IMG/VR virus record: IMGVR_UViG_3300046747_000409
DNA from: an uncultured virus (IMG/VR IMGVR_UViG_3300046747_000409)
Lineage: Duplodnaviria; Heunggongvirae; Uroviricota; Caudoviricetes
Direction: 5' to 3' (one strand)
Length of the DNA: 64,000 nucleotides
Made by a program: the position numbers and the translations under genes. This document shows, one piece after another, positions 9,824 through 18,840 of the stretch. Position 1 is the stretch's first letter, and each line of letters begins with the position of its first letter. Under the pieces are notes generated by a model. The model was not told the origin of the DNA, searched no databases, and saw only the letters and a program-made list of their open reading frames with translations.

Positions 9824-10153
9824 ATGCTCGGTAACTACGCTGATCAATTCATGATGGCTCAGAAGGCTGAGCGGGTTCTCGCCATTACCCCAAACGGCGG
9901 TGGCCGCAGCATGCCGCTGAATGACCGCGAACGCGCGGGCAGCGCACATGTGATGATGAAGGCCGGTCTGCAACCCGGTCCTCACTCGCAGGTCTCCTCG
10001 GCCTGGATGCCCGGCATGGGCACCGAACCTGTTCCTCCTGCACCTCCGACCTTCCTGCCCGGCATGAACGGCGTCACGGTCGACACCGGCACGTTGCTGG
10101 GCTTCGGCGCAATCGCCGCCGCGGTCTGGTACTTCGGCTTCCGGAAAGCTTGA
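9824..10153 (+). CDS. Small C-terminally anchored protein
   Basis: MPGMG, LPGMNG; TM + RKA. Confidence 0.75.
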   Translation: MLGNYADQFMMAQKAERVLAITPNGGGRSMPLNDRERAGSAHVMMKAGLQPGPHSQVSSAWMPGMGTEPVPPAPPTFLPGMNGVTVDTGTLLGFGAIAAAVWYFGFRKA

Positions 10154-10163
10154 GTAGATCGAC

Positions 10164-10394
10164 ATGTTTGACTCTCACCTCAGCGGCGACCACGTTGGCT
10201 CTCAGGCGCAAGGGCACGTCAGCACTGCCCTGCCCGGCATGAGTGGTATGGGTGACGATGCTGCCAGCGTCCCAGCCGTTTCCGCGCCGATCCAGCCGAT
10301 CTCGCCCCTGGCGCTCAACCTCGCGCTCCTCACCGGTGCCGCACTGATCGCCTTTCTCTTTTTCCGGGCCATGTCGCGCTCGAAAAAGACCTAA
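10164..10394 (+). CDS. Small C-terminally anchored protein
   Basis: LPGMSGMGD; TM + RSKKT. Confidence 0.75.
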   Translation: MFDSHLSGDHVGSQAQGHVSTALPGMSGMGDDAASVPAVSAPIQPISPLALNLALLTGAALIAFLFFRAMSRSKKT

Positions 10395-10424
10395 CCACTC
10401 CCCATCCCGACAAGGAATCGTCTC

Positions 10425-10733
10425 ATGGCCCATAAGAAGCTCACCCGCCGCCAGAAGTCAGCCAAGAACAAGGCCGCCTTCCGCAAGCGCACCGCCACCA
10501 AGCGTAAGTCGACCAAGCGTCGCTCACGCGTTCGCTCGACCAAGCGTCGGACCTCCAAGAGCCGCGGCCGTCGTGGCGTTCGCCGGACTTCCAGCGCCCG
10601 CAAGAGCTCGCGTCGTGGTGTTCGCCGGTCGACGAAGAGCCGTGCACGCAAGTCCACCGCTCGCCGTGGCCGCAAGAGCTCCGCCCGTCGGTCGACCAAG
10701 CGTCGTTCGACGCGCTCACGCGCTCGTCGCTAA
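10425..10733 (+). CDS. Protamine/histone-H1-like DNA-condensing protein
   Basis: 102 aa almost entirely R/K/S/T/A with repeated RRSTK, RRGVRR; AAGGA upstream. Confidence 0.85.
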   Translation: MAHKKLTRRQKSAKNKAAFRKRTATKRKSTKRRSRVRSTKRRTSKSRGRRGVRRTSSARKSSRRGVRRSTKSRARKSTARRGRKSSARRSTKRRSTRSRARR

Positions 10734-10783
10734 TCGGGTCCAAACCCCGGTTGATCGTTATGCCCCGCGGCTAGTCTCGCATC

Positions 10784-11803
10784 ATGCGCGTGACTTCCGC
10801 GGGGCGTCCTTTTCCTGGCACTACCATTCATAGCGATTCGCGCAAGAACCCGCTGCGGCCCGGGCGGTTCAAGAAGGGCGACGCGGATGCGGTGGTCCGC
10901 AGTTCGCACCTCGGTTACGATTGTTACGTTACGGGGCGTGTGAACGACAGTGGCCGCACCCGCATTGTTCTGCGTACTGGTCGCCTCCCTGCGCACTTTA
11001 CCGCTGATGTGATCGCCCACCTCCCCGCAGAGATGTGGTGGCCTACTCGTGATCACACCGCAGCTCACGCCACCATCGACGCCGTGCTGCAGTTCGATGT
11101 CGGCTCCCTCCTCCGGTTCAAGGACGCCTACCCGGACCACGAGTTCGGCTTCGAGCGGTACATCGAGTTCTGCCAGCGCCGGGCATCTGCTGCACGTGCC
11201 GCCACCCCCGCGCCGCGCCTCGACCAGCCCGTCCGCAGTTCACCTATAGGTGAGCCCTCGAAAGGCGCGCTTCCTGCTCAGCTCTCGCGCTGGCCGTCGG
11301 CGGTCGAGGACGTGGAGAAGCTGTACGCGGTCGACTACGTGGGCTACGTGCTGAAGACCAACCTCGTGACTTTCGAGGATGGGGCATCGGCGCTCAGTGT
11401 TGAGGTGTGGGGACGTGTAGGTGAGGGTCGCCAGCTCTGCAGCCGCGCCTACATCGACCTGATTACCGGCGAATACGAGATCCGCGCACACCACCCTGGC
11501 CGACTGCAGGCGCTCGCCCTGCCTCTCACCTTGCTGCACGACCACCTGGGGATTCGTACCCGAAGTCGTGTTCGAGCGTCGATCAGGCGGATCGACGTGC
11601 CGACGCCGAAACGCGCTCCCGAGCCGGGCCTGCATTCGGTCATGCGCAACAGCCGGGACGTTGAGGGGGCGATCACCGGCGGGGGCAAGCGTTTCACCGA
11701 GGATCTGAGCACCACCGGACGCACCACCCACGGTCGAGCGGTGCCCGACGCTGAGGACGACATCGTTTCGTTCCCCTCAGCGCCCGGTGGCGCCCCTGCC
11801 TGA
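10784..11803 (+). CDS. Hypothetical protein (RKNP motif near N-terminus)
   Basis: 339-aa ORF; TAGTCT-N6-ATG start. Confidence 0.65.
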   Translation: MRVTSAGRPFPGTTIHSDSRKNPLRPGRFKKGDADAVVRSSHLGYDCYVTGRVNDSGRTRIVLRTGRLPAHFTADVIAHLPAEMWWPTRDHTAAHATIDAVLQFDVGSLLRFKDAYPDHEFGFERYIEFCQRRASAARAATPAPRLDQPVRSSPIGEPSKGALPAQLSRWPSAVEDVEKLYAVDYVGYVLKTNLVTFEDGASALSVEVWGRVGEGRQLCSRAYIDLITGEYEIRAHHPGRLQALALPLTLLHDHLGIRTRSRVRASIRRIDVPTPKRAPEPGLHSVMRNSRDVEGAITGGGKRFTEDLSTTGRTTHGRAVPDAEDDIVSFPSAPGGAPA

Positions 11804-11821
11804 ACTGGGTACGATGGGGCC

Positions 11822-12202
11822 ATGCTGGGCCACCTTCCTGAGATCAACCGCGCGGTGCAGGGCATCGGCGTCATCGTCGGCACGCAGCGCCCCTTCGTCG
11901 GCTTCCTGCTCAAGAACTGGCCCCTGACCCTGGTCGCCGGCTTCGCCCTGGTCGCCAAGGGTCGCGAGCGGCACAAGAAGGGCGAGCTGACCACGTACAA
12001 CATCCTCGCTGACGCAGGCCTCGTGCTCAGCCCCCTGGTCGGCCTCGCGCTGATCAACCAGCTCGCTGCTGCGGATCACGCTGCATCGAACGGCCTGCCG
12101 ATCCCGGCGAATCCCATGCAGCCCGGTGCGCAGGCCGCTATTCCAGCGCAGCCCGGTACGAACGGATTCCCTCGGTCGGCTACACTGCAAGGCGGCTGGT
12201 AA
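11822..12202 (+). CDS. Two-TM membrane protein
   Basis: TACGAT-N6-ATG; two hydrophobic segments. Confidence 0.7.
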   Translation: MLGHLPEINRAVQGIGVIVGTQRPFVGFLLKNWPLTLVAGFALVAKGRERHKKGELTTYNILADAGLVLSPLVGLALINQLAAADHAASNGLPIPANPMQPGAQAAIPAQPGTNGFPRSATLQGGW

Positions 12203-12855
12203 TGAAACGCCGTTCCCGCCGCGCACGCAACCCCTTCAACCAGCCCAAACCGGCTGAATGGGCCACCATGTCCAAGAGCCTGCGCAAGGCCTGGAACCGG
12301 AAACACTGGCGCCCGCATGACTACATGGTCGTGGTGCCGTTGAAGCGTTACGCCACCCGGAAGGCCAACCAGCGCGACGGCGGGTCAGGCCGCGGCATGC
12401 TGCAGTTGGCCGCCAAGATCGAGAAGCTGAAGGCCTCGAACCCAGGTCGGGACGTCGAACGCCGCTACAACGAAGCCGTCGCCACCGCCGAGCGTCAGAT
12501 CAGCTCGGTCACGGCTCAGTTCCGCAAGGCCGACGTGTTGGAGCGCAAGCGCCTCCGCAGCGAACGGAAGCGGATCGAGCGTGAGGAGACGGTCAGGCCG
12601 CTGCGCTCGAACCCCCGTGGCCGCCGGCGTAATCCGTCCACCGAGCAGCACCTGATCGAAGCCATCGGCGATTGGTTGCAGGCCGAGGACGAACAGGGTG
12701 CCGTGCGCTTCTACGAAAATATCGAGAACAAGCCGCGGAACCGCCTGCTGATTAAGAGCGTGTGGACCATGGCGCACCGCCTGGGTATCACCACGCGTGA
12801 GCAGCTGGACCGATTCAAGGCCAAGCACCACCGCGAATTGGCCGCACTTCTCTGA
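12202..12855 (+). CDS. Basic protein with four xNP motifs
   Basis: TAATG overlap; ARNP, ASNP, RSNP, RRNP. Confidence 0.75.
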   Translation: MKRRSRRARNPFNQPKPAEWATMSKSLRKAWNRKHWRPHDYMVVVPLKRYATRKANQRDGGSGRGMLQLAAKIEKLKASNPGRDVERRYNEAVATAERQISSVTAQFRKADVLERKRLRSERKRIEREETVRPLRSNPRGRRRNPSTEQHLIEAIGDWLQAEDEQGAVRFYENIENKPRNRLLIKSVWTMAHRLGITTREQLDRFKAKHHRELAALL

Positions 12856-12881
12856 TTCACGGAATCTGGTAGGATACTCCC

Positions 12882-13343
12882 ATGCCGCACCTCGATCCTG
12901 TGACCGACGCTCCTGAGTTCACTGGCCCTTCCCGTGACTGGGCAGCCATCACCGCCAAAGAGCCAGTGTACCGCCAGGAGCGCTTCAACATCCGCCCGCA
13001 GCGGATGCCGATCTCGTTCAAGATGACCGAGCGGCCGAAGGTGACCACGAAGCCGGTGGTGACCATCAACCCGTCACGTGTACCCATTCTGATCCGCAGC
13101 TCGAACAACCGCCCGTCTGAAGCAGGCGAGGGCGTGTCCGGGTCGACGTGGGGCGTCAGTGACCCCGGTCAGTACGATGCGCGCACGCTTGCTGGCGTTG
13201 GTGCTGATCCAGCTGTCGCCGCTGATCCGCTCGCGCAGTCGCCGTACGCGATCGACGACAACCTGCGCGTGAAACTCGTGATCGCTGCAGGTATGGGCCT
13301 CGTGATGGCATACCTTCTCTACAAAGACTCGCGCAAGAAGTAA
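12882..13343 (+). CDS. C-terminally anchored protein
   Basis: TAGGAT-N6-ATG; LAGVG; TM + KDSRKK. Confidence 0.75.
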   Translation: MPHLDPVTDAPEFTGPSRDWAAITAKEPVYRQERFNIRPQRMPISFKMTERPKVTTKPVVTINPSRVPILIRSSNNRPSEAGEGVSGSTWGVSDPGQYDARTLAGVGADPAVAADPLAQSPYAIDDNLRVKLVIAAGMGLVMAYLLYKDSRKK

Positions 13344-14036
13344 TCAGAACAGCTGCTTGTCGCCCTCGGCCACCGGGGGCTTCTTCCCCTTCGGTCCCTT
13401 GCCTTCCGTCCCAGGCGGTGGTCCCAGGTCGCTCTTAGGTGGATCAACCACCGGTGCCGGTGATCCCAGCGGAGCCTGCGGAGCATACCCGGCACCCGGT
13501 GCCGAACCCATACCAGCGGCAGCGCTGATCACGGGCGGGAACAAGGCGCCATTACGCTCACGTGAGAGCACCCACGAGTACTTGCTGACGGGGTTCTCGT
13601 GGCGGCCGAGGGCACTGATGTCACCAAGCGGTTGATCAGCGCCCCAGAGGGCGTCCCGGAAGTTCCAGAAGCAGTCGACCAAGGCCGCCGATCGCGCGAC
13701 GACCATGTCGACGTCCTTCTCGACCATGCCTGAGTTGGTGAGGATCTTGAGGGCCTCGGCGAAGCGTGCCTTGTCACCCGAGAGCGTGCCCGTGGGTAGG
13801 CCAATCGCGAGTACCTGACCGAGCTCGTCGCCCTTCGATTTGGTGTCGAGGACATCCAGGACGAGCTTGATCAGCTGACCGTTCGAGGGGAACACGAGGA
13901 CCACGACCAGACAGGCTCCGGCGCCCTCCTCCAACCATCCCGGTGCGCGTGCCTCCATGCCCAGATCCCATGACGGGATGTGCAGGAGGTCGAGCGAGCT
14001 GATGAAGCCCACCGGGTTGCGCGTGAGCAGGTACAT
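13344..14036 (-). CDS. Hypothetical protein with Pro/Gly-rich tail
   Basis: 230 aa; start overlaps stop of 14036..16105; converges on 12882..13343. Confidence 0.7.
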   Translation of the reverse strand: MYLLTRNPVGFISSLDLLHIPSWDLGMEARAPGWLEEGAGACLVVVLVFPSNGQLIKLVLDVLDTKSKGDELGQVLAIGLPTGTLSGDKARFAEALKILTNSGMVEKDVDMVVARSAALVDCFWNFRDALWGADQPLGDISALGRHENPVSKYSWVLSRERNGALFPPVISAAAGMGSAPGAGYAPQAPLGSPAPVVDPPKSDLGPPPGTEGKGPKGKKPPVAEGDKQLF

Positions 14037-16105
14037 CAGGGCTCGTCCGGGTTGTCCAGATGGGAGCCTGATTCACCGGGTGGTGCCGTGGGCGCTTCGA
14101 CGATTTGCTCGGTGGGCGGGATGACCACGGTCGCAGAAACGACCTCGGTGACCGTCGCCAGCACCGGTGCAGGTGCGTCCTGCACGACGGGCTCAGGAGC
14201 AGGGGGCGCACGCAGCGATTCGACGAGCTGCTCACGCTGCTGGTCGGCAGGCCCATGGATCGCTTCGATCGTGGGGATGAGGTTCGGCACGAAGTCCCGG
14301 ACCCACAGCACGACCGAGAAATTCTGCACCCAATCGTTCAACCGCTGATCCTGCTGGATGAACGGGAGCACGATGTTCATGACCTCGGGCTCGTTCTTGT
14401 CGAGCACGGCGACGCGCAGATTCAGCGGCATCTCGGTCACCAGGAACTCGGTGATCTGTTGCTGCTCGGCAGGGCTGCTGAACTGCTTCTGCTGGAGCGA
14501 GTAGAGCGCCCACACGACACCGAGGGTGCTGCGTGGGACGTTCTGCTGAACCCGAGCCCTTTCCTCGTCCGTCATCTGATCGTAGGCGATCTGATCCGGA
14601 GTCCGCTGCTCTCCTGCCTCTGCTGCCGCTCCTGCCGGAGGGGCTGTGGCGGCTGCCGGGGCGGCTGCAGGGGCTCCGGGCTGTGCTGGGGCGGGTTGCT
14701 GAGCGAGACGGCGCTGGTGCTGTGGCTGCGCTGGTTGCGGGGCGCCAGCAGCGGGCAGGAAGCCCTTCACGATGTCGCCGGCACCAGCGAGGGCCTTCAC
14801 GATGTTCTCCAGCATGGATGGCTTATCGCCGTCCCCATCACCGCTGCCGTTGGCGGTCGCGAGATCGAGCGCGCGCTTCATGAGGATCTGGTTGAACTCG
14901 CCAGACTGCGCCATCATCGACTTCATCTGCTCGACACTCATCGTGTTCGAGAGCTTCATCATCTCGCCCATCTGAGCGATCATGTTGGTCGAGCCCTGGT
15001 CGTTGTTCATCTTGTCGAGGATCGACTTGAACAACATCATCTGCATCGCGTCAGGCTCGTTCTTTTCGGGCTTTTCGCTGATTTTAGCGAGCAGGAGGCC
15101 CAGGATCGGGTCGTCCTTCTTCTCGAACAGCTTGGCGACCACGGGAATGACCGCGGTCACAGCTCCCATCATCATCTCCATGCGTTTCATCGCCATGTCG
15201 GACGAGGCCTTCACCTCAGCGAGGTGGCGCGCGGCTTCGGTGGCGCGGCGGTCCGCATCTTCCGAGCGGCGGCGCTCTTCCCGTTCCTCACGGCGTTCGC
15301 GTTCTTCCTTCTCAAGTTTCGCTTCCTGACGCAGGCGCTCCTCCTTGTCCTCCTGGCGCTGCGCTTCCCGTTCCTCCCGACGGACACGTTCGGCGTCGGC
15401 TCGTTCTTCACGGCGCCGATCCTCGTCCGCGCGCGCGGCAGCACTCTGTTGCTGCGTCATCATCATCAAAGAAACCAAGTCGTTTCCTGATTTTGCGACG
15501 GATTGCATTTGCGCGGCGTTCGAGCGGGCGACGGTGCCCATCAGGTCGGCGACATTCGCCCGATTCTGAGGCTCATCGTCATCGTCCTCCCACTCAGTTT
15601 CCGCACGGCGCAAACGACGCTGGCCACGTCCCCCACGCGGTTGGTCGTTACGGTCATCTTGATCATCAGACATGGGATCTCCGGCGGTCACGTACCACGT
15701 GGGGGCTCTGGGAACGCGAATGTTCATCGCGTCATAGACTTCGACCGCATATCGACCATCACCATGCTTTTCAGCGATGTATGACGCGAGCGTATCTTTG
15801 TCCTGTAGGTTCTTTTCCTTCCACTCGGTGACCATGATGGTCTCGACGGGTGTGAAGCTGCTTTTCGCGTCTTGACGATCGTACGCGTAGAAAAGTTTGA
15901 AGCGGTGGTCGGTAGCTTCGGCAGGAAGTAAATCGAGCACCGCCTGCGTTTGCTCGTACTTCTGATCGTTGAGTGCTCGCTGGGCCTCGCTGACTTTGGG
16001 GCGACCTGGACCCTTGGGGGCCTCTAGGCCGGGAGGGAGTCCGAGCGACGCGCCGAGCGTTTCCGATTCCATCGTCATATGGACGCGAACGCTATGAGTC
16101 CGCAC
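14036..16105 (-). CDS. Large Met-rich coiled-coil protein (start may be ATG 16078)
   Basis: 689-aa ORF; E/R charged helix; Met-rich helices; P/A/Q linker. Confidence 0.8.
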   Translation of the reverse strand: MRTHSVRVHMTMESETLGASLGLPPGLEAPKGPGRPKVSEAQRALNDQKYEQTQAVLDLLPAEATDHRFKLFYAYDRQDAKSSFTPVETIMVTEWKEKNLQDKDTLASYIAEKHGDGRYAVEVYDAMNIRVPRAPTWYVTAGDPMSDDQDDRNDQPRGGRGQRRLRRAETEWEDDDDEPQNRANVADLMGTVARSNAAQMQSVAKSGNDLVSLMMMTQQQSAAARADEDRRREERADAERVRREEREAQRQEDKEERLRQEAKLEKEERERREEREERRRSEDADRRATEAARHLAEVKASSDMAMKRMEMMMGAVTAVIPVVAKLFEKKDDPILGLLLAKISEKPEKNEPDAMQMMLFKSILDKMNNDQGSTNMIAQMGEMMKLSNTMSVEQMKSMMAQSGEFNQILMKRALDLATANGSGDGDGDKPSMLENIVKALAGAGDIVKGFLPAAGAPQPAQPQHQRRLAQQPAPAQPGAPAAAPAAATAPPAGAAAEAGEQRTPDQIAYDQMTDEERARVQQNVPRSTLGVVWALYSLQQKQFSSPAEQQQITEFLVTEMPLNLRVAVLDKNEPEVMNIVLPFIQQDQRLNDWVQNFSVVLWVRDFVPNLIPTIEAIHGPADQQREQLVESLRAPPAPEPVVQDAPAPVLATVTEVVSATVVIPPTEQIVEAPTAPPGESGSHLDNPDEP

Positions 16106-16136
16106 GTGGGGTTCAAGGTCTTATCTTTTAGGGGGT

Positions 16137-16146
16137 GATTTGACTC
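16137..16146. promoter_or_regulatory. GATTTGACTC half-site (operator family)
   Basis: Same decamer as at 32878, 40202, 53513; lies between divergent genes. Confidence 0.45.
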
Positions 16147-16186
16147 GCAAAAATCGAGGCACCCTGCGCCTACGCGCGCGCGACCC

Positions 16187-16245
16187 TGGGTGACGCGCAC
16201 GGCCCCTTCGGGGAGCTTGGTCTTTCTCGACCTCCCCAGTAAGCT
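16187..16245 (+). promoter_or_regulatory. Hairpin-promoter element copy 1
   Basis: GGGTGACGCGCACGG-CCCC-TTC-GGGG-N26-TAAGCT. Confidence 0.6.
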
Positions 16246-16251
16246 GACGAG

Positions 16252-16608
16252 ATGGACCGATCCAAACTGGCCATGCCGCCTCGTCCTGCCCGATACGTCG
16301 GGGAGCAGGGCCTGCCCATCTTCCGTGTGTCCTACACGTTAGATGGCAGACCTAAAGTTTCGCTGGTAGAAAAGCCAACGATCATAAACGCCCGCGCGTG
16401 GGCTCAACGCGAGGGTAGGCGTTTTGGGTGGACGGGTATCACGGTAGGTCGATGGCTTGGTGGGATGAACTTTACACCGACCGTGCGAAGCGTACCACAC
16501 GACATACACGTACCACACGACACGCAATGCGATCAATGCACAACACGCCCATTGGGTGACGCAGGCAGTTCCTCTGGAACGGATAGTCCGATTGATGAGC
16601 CCGGTTAG
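16252..16608 (+). CDS. Hypothetical protein (3' end runs into promoter copy 2)
   Basis: ATG 6 nt after -10 of copy 1. Confidence 0.45.
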   Translation: MDRSKLAMPPRPARYVGEQGLPIFRVSYTLDGRPKVSLVEKPTIINARAWAQREGRRFGWTGITVGRWLGGMNFTPTVRSVPHDIHVPHDTQCDQCTTRPLGDAGSSSGTDSPIDEPG

Positions 16609-16611
16609 AAT
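16552..16611 (+). promoter_or_regulatory. Hairpin-promoter element copy 2
   Basis: TTGGGTGACGCAGGCA-GTTCC-TCT-GGAAC-N25-TAGAAT. Confidence 0.75.
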
Positions 16612-16647
16612 GAATGTAGCGAAACAAACCAACCCTCGGAGTTCACC

Positions 16648-17232
16648 ATGAAATACCTTGCCATCACGATCATGCTCGTCATCTGCATGCCGCTCTTTTC
16701 TGCTGACGACGTTCCTCTCCCACCGGATGCCGCCAAACTCGTCGACGGTGCCGCCAAAGCCTTCACTGAGATCGAGACCAAGGCGCTCTTGTCGAAATTG
16801 GACACGCTGACGGCGCTCATCCCTAAGCTCACGAAGGCTCAGGATACGGCGACGAAGGCGGGCAAGCTGGAAGTGTCCCTGGCGATCAAGGCCAAGATCG
16901 ACGAGTACCGGAAACAGGTCGATGAAATCACGGCGTTGCGCCCTGCACCTAAGGTCGTCAGCACGTCGAAAGATGTGGTCCTCTACGCTCAACCGGACTT
17001 CAAAGGGCCGGGCACGATCGTCAAGCAATTCGACACGATTATCGATGCATACAAGATCAGCTTCCCGAACGACGGGCTGCGCTCTGTCCGTCTCCCTGCT
17101 GGTTACGTCCTGGTCACCTATGCCGACAACCTGGGTGCAGGAACGGAATGCACGATTGCGACGGAATCTGCTGATCTGACGGGCACTCAAGCGCTCGGTA
17201 TGACCTCCTTCATGGTGAAGCGGATCAAGTAA
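16648..17232 (+). CDS. Secreted protein with C-terminal beta/gamma-crystallin domain
   Basis: Signal peptide; VVLYAQPDFKG and NDGLRSVRLPAGY.LVTY Greek-key motifs; GGAG SD. Confidence 0.75.
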   Translation: MKYLAITIMLVICMPLFSADDVPLPPDAAKLVDGAAKAFTEIETKALLSKLDTLTALIPKLTKAQDTATKAGKLEVSLAIKAKIDEYRKQVDEITALRPAPKVVSTSKDVVLYAQPDFKGPGTIVKQFDTIIDAYKISFPNDGLRSVRLPAGYVLVTYADNLGAGTECTIATESADLTGTQALGMTSFMVKRIK

Positions 17233-17234
17233 AT

Positions 17235-17897
17235 ATGCAGAGGATCATGCATCAGGTGTGGGTAGGTCCGTATACCATGCCCAAACGGGAGCGCACGTTC
17301 GTAGACCGAATGCGTGCGCTCCATCCCACCTGGGAGCATCGGATGTGGTCGGATGGTACCCTTCCGCCAATGTCTGATTGGGTACGGGAGCGCTTCGAGT
17401 GGCGCATGTCTCAGCGCGAGTACGCCTTCGCTGCTGACGTGCTTCGTGTGGCCGCGGTGTACGCTATCGGAGGCATCTACCTGGACGTGGACACGGAGCC
17501 TCTACGAGAGATTACCGACCTCCATTTAGACTCATTCGCTGCCGTATTCCGACATCATCGTGATCACGATCTGACTCTCTCCAGTGACTTCATTGGAATG
17601 ACCGCTGGGCACCCTTTAGGTGCCTGCCTTCTGGAATCCATGCGTGCTCCAGCCTACGACTTCGGACCTCACTGGCTTGGGTACACCGTTCGATCGTTTT
17701 TCGAGCTAGCGCGAGATGCTGGCCACGCACAGCTTCGCGCTGCTTTCAACACCGAATGCATGCGCTACATGCCAAGCGACGAAGGTGATGCAGAGCGGCT
17801 TCAGGATGTGTCCTGGACGAAGTACTTCGCGAATCACGCCCTCTTTTCATGGCATCCCGACAACGTGAAAAAATTCGCATCCGGAGATTATGAGTAA
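17235..17897 (+). CDS. Glycosyltransferase, GT32/DXD (OCH1-like)
   Basis: IMHQVWVG, HPTWEHRMW, AADVLR..AVY..GGIYLDVD. Confidence 0.85.
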   Translation: MQRIMHQVWVGPYTMPKRERTFVDRMRALHPTWEHRMWSDGTLPPMSDWVRERFEWRMSQREYAFAADVLRVAAVYAIGGIYLDVDTEPLREITDLHLDSFAAVFRHHRDHDLTLSSDFIGMTAGHPLGACLLESMRAPAYDFGPHWLGYTVRSFFELARDAGHAQLRAAFNTECMRYMPSDEGDAERLQDVSWTKYFANHALFSWHPDNVKKFASGDYE

Positions 17898-18586
17898 TGC
17901 ACCCTGACGTCACGCCCGCCCGCAGCACCGCCCCGCTCTCCTTCCAGGAGATCTGGTCCCCCTGGCGCTTCAACCTGGGCGACCACTGGCAGACGGTCAA
18001 CTACCTGATCACGCGCTCGTTCATCCTGCGCGAGGAGCAGCTGCTGTCCCGTTGGCAGCACGGCAGGGATTGCAGTAAGCGATTCAAGGAAATCCTGGCG
18101 TTGATCAAAGGGCCGGAGCGCTCATGCGTCACCCTGGTCGACGCCGTGGGCTCCCGCGAGCCTGACGGCTTCGACGTGTGGGCCGCGCCGTCATGGCCAA
18201 CCCATGAGACGTGGAAGCCGCATGAGCTCATGAACCACGACACCGTCACGTACCAGTTCGACGGTGTCAGTTCAGCGGCCGAAAAGAACCCACCGCGTGA
18301 GGATCAGACGCGGATGCTCGCGGCGATGGAGCGCGGCCTGAACGTCTACAGCGTCAAGCGCCTGGGCTCGGATTCGACCCTAGCTCAGTGCGTCGACGAG
18401 ATGCGCCGGTCAATCGTCTTCGTCGGCTGCGATAGCGGCATGTCCCATATCGCGCATGCCGTCGGGGTGCCGACCATCATCGTCGAGTACGGCTTGCCGA
18501 TCATCACCTGCCACCGCGGGAAGCACTTCGTGCATGTCCGTGGGACAGATGAGGCCGTGAAGGCGATCGAGCGGACGCTGCGTTAA
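17897..18586 (+). CDS. GT9-like (heptosyltransferase-type) glycosyltransferase
   Basis: FVGCDSGMSHIAHAVGVPTI motif. Confidence 0.75.
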   Translation: MHPDVTPARSTAPLSFQEIWSPWRFNLGDHWQTVNYLITRSFILREEQLLSRWQHGRDCSKRFKEILALIKGPERSCVTLVDAVGSREPDGFDVWAAPSWPTHETWKPHELMNHDTVTYQFDGVSSAAEKNPPREDQTRMLAAMERGLNVYSVKRLGSDSTLAQCVDEMRRSIVFVGCDSGMSHIAHAVGVPTIIVEYGLPIITCHRGKHFVHVRGTDEAVKAIERTLR

Positions 18587-18840
18587 AGGTTGATGAGTGC
18601 GGCGTACGCTGCCTTCGACAGAAGTACCACCTCCGCGCCCTCTTCCCCCCGACCCTTAGCGAACACTGGCTTGCTCGTTTTGTCTGCCTTATCCACGGCA
18701 TTGAACAAGTCCTTACGGAGCCCGCTGATCGTGTACGGGTCTGACGACGTGCCCTTGATGGGCTTGGAAACGCCCGCCTTGATACGCGCCTTCGCGCCTT
18801 TGGTGATGCGTACGGTCTTAGGGTGTTTGCTGTGACTCAT
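18583..18840 (-). CDS. Phd/YefM-like antitoxin/DNA-binding protein (orphan)
   Basis: YTISGLRKDLFNAVDKA..SKPV...GAEVVLLSKAAY matches Phd/YefM N-domain pattern; no adjacent toxin. Confidence 0.65.
   Translation of the reverse strand: MSHSKHPKTVRITKGAKARIKAGVSKPIKGTSSDPYTISGLRKDLFNAVDKADKTSKPVFAKGRGEEGAEVVLLSKAAYAALINL

Noticed and set aside
14105..15490. 461-aa plus-strand ORF, and long antisense ORFs such as 20700-22085, 45780-47663, 51363-52943, 55255-56724
   Set aside because: Shadow frames of GC-rich genes on the opposite strand; no motifs or start context
18583..18840. Complete toxin-antitoxin pair
   Set aside because: No RelE/Doc/PIN toxin adjacent; the gene converges on a glycosyltransferase
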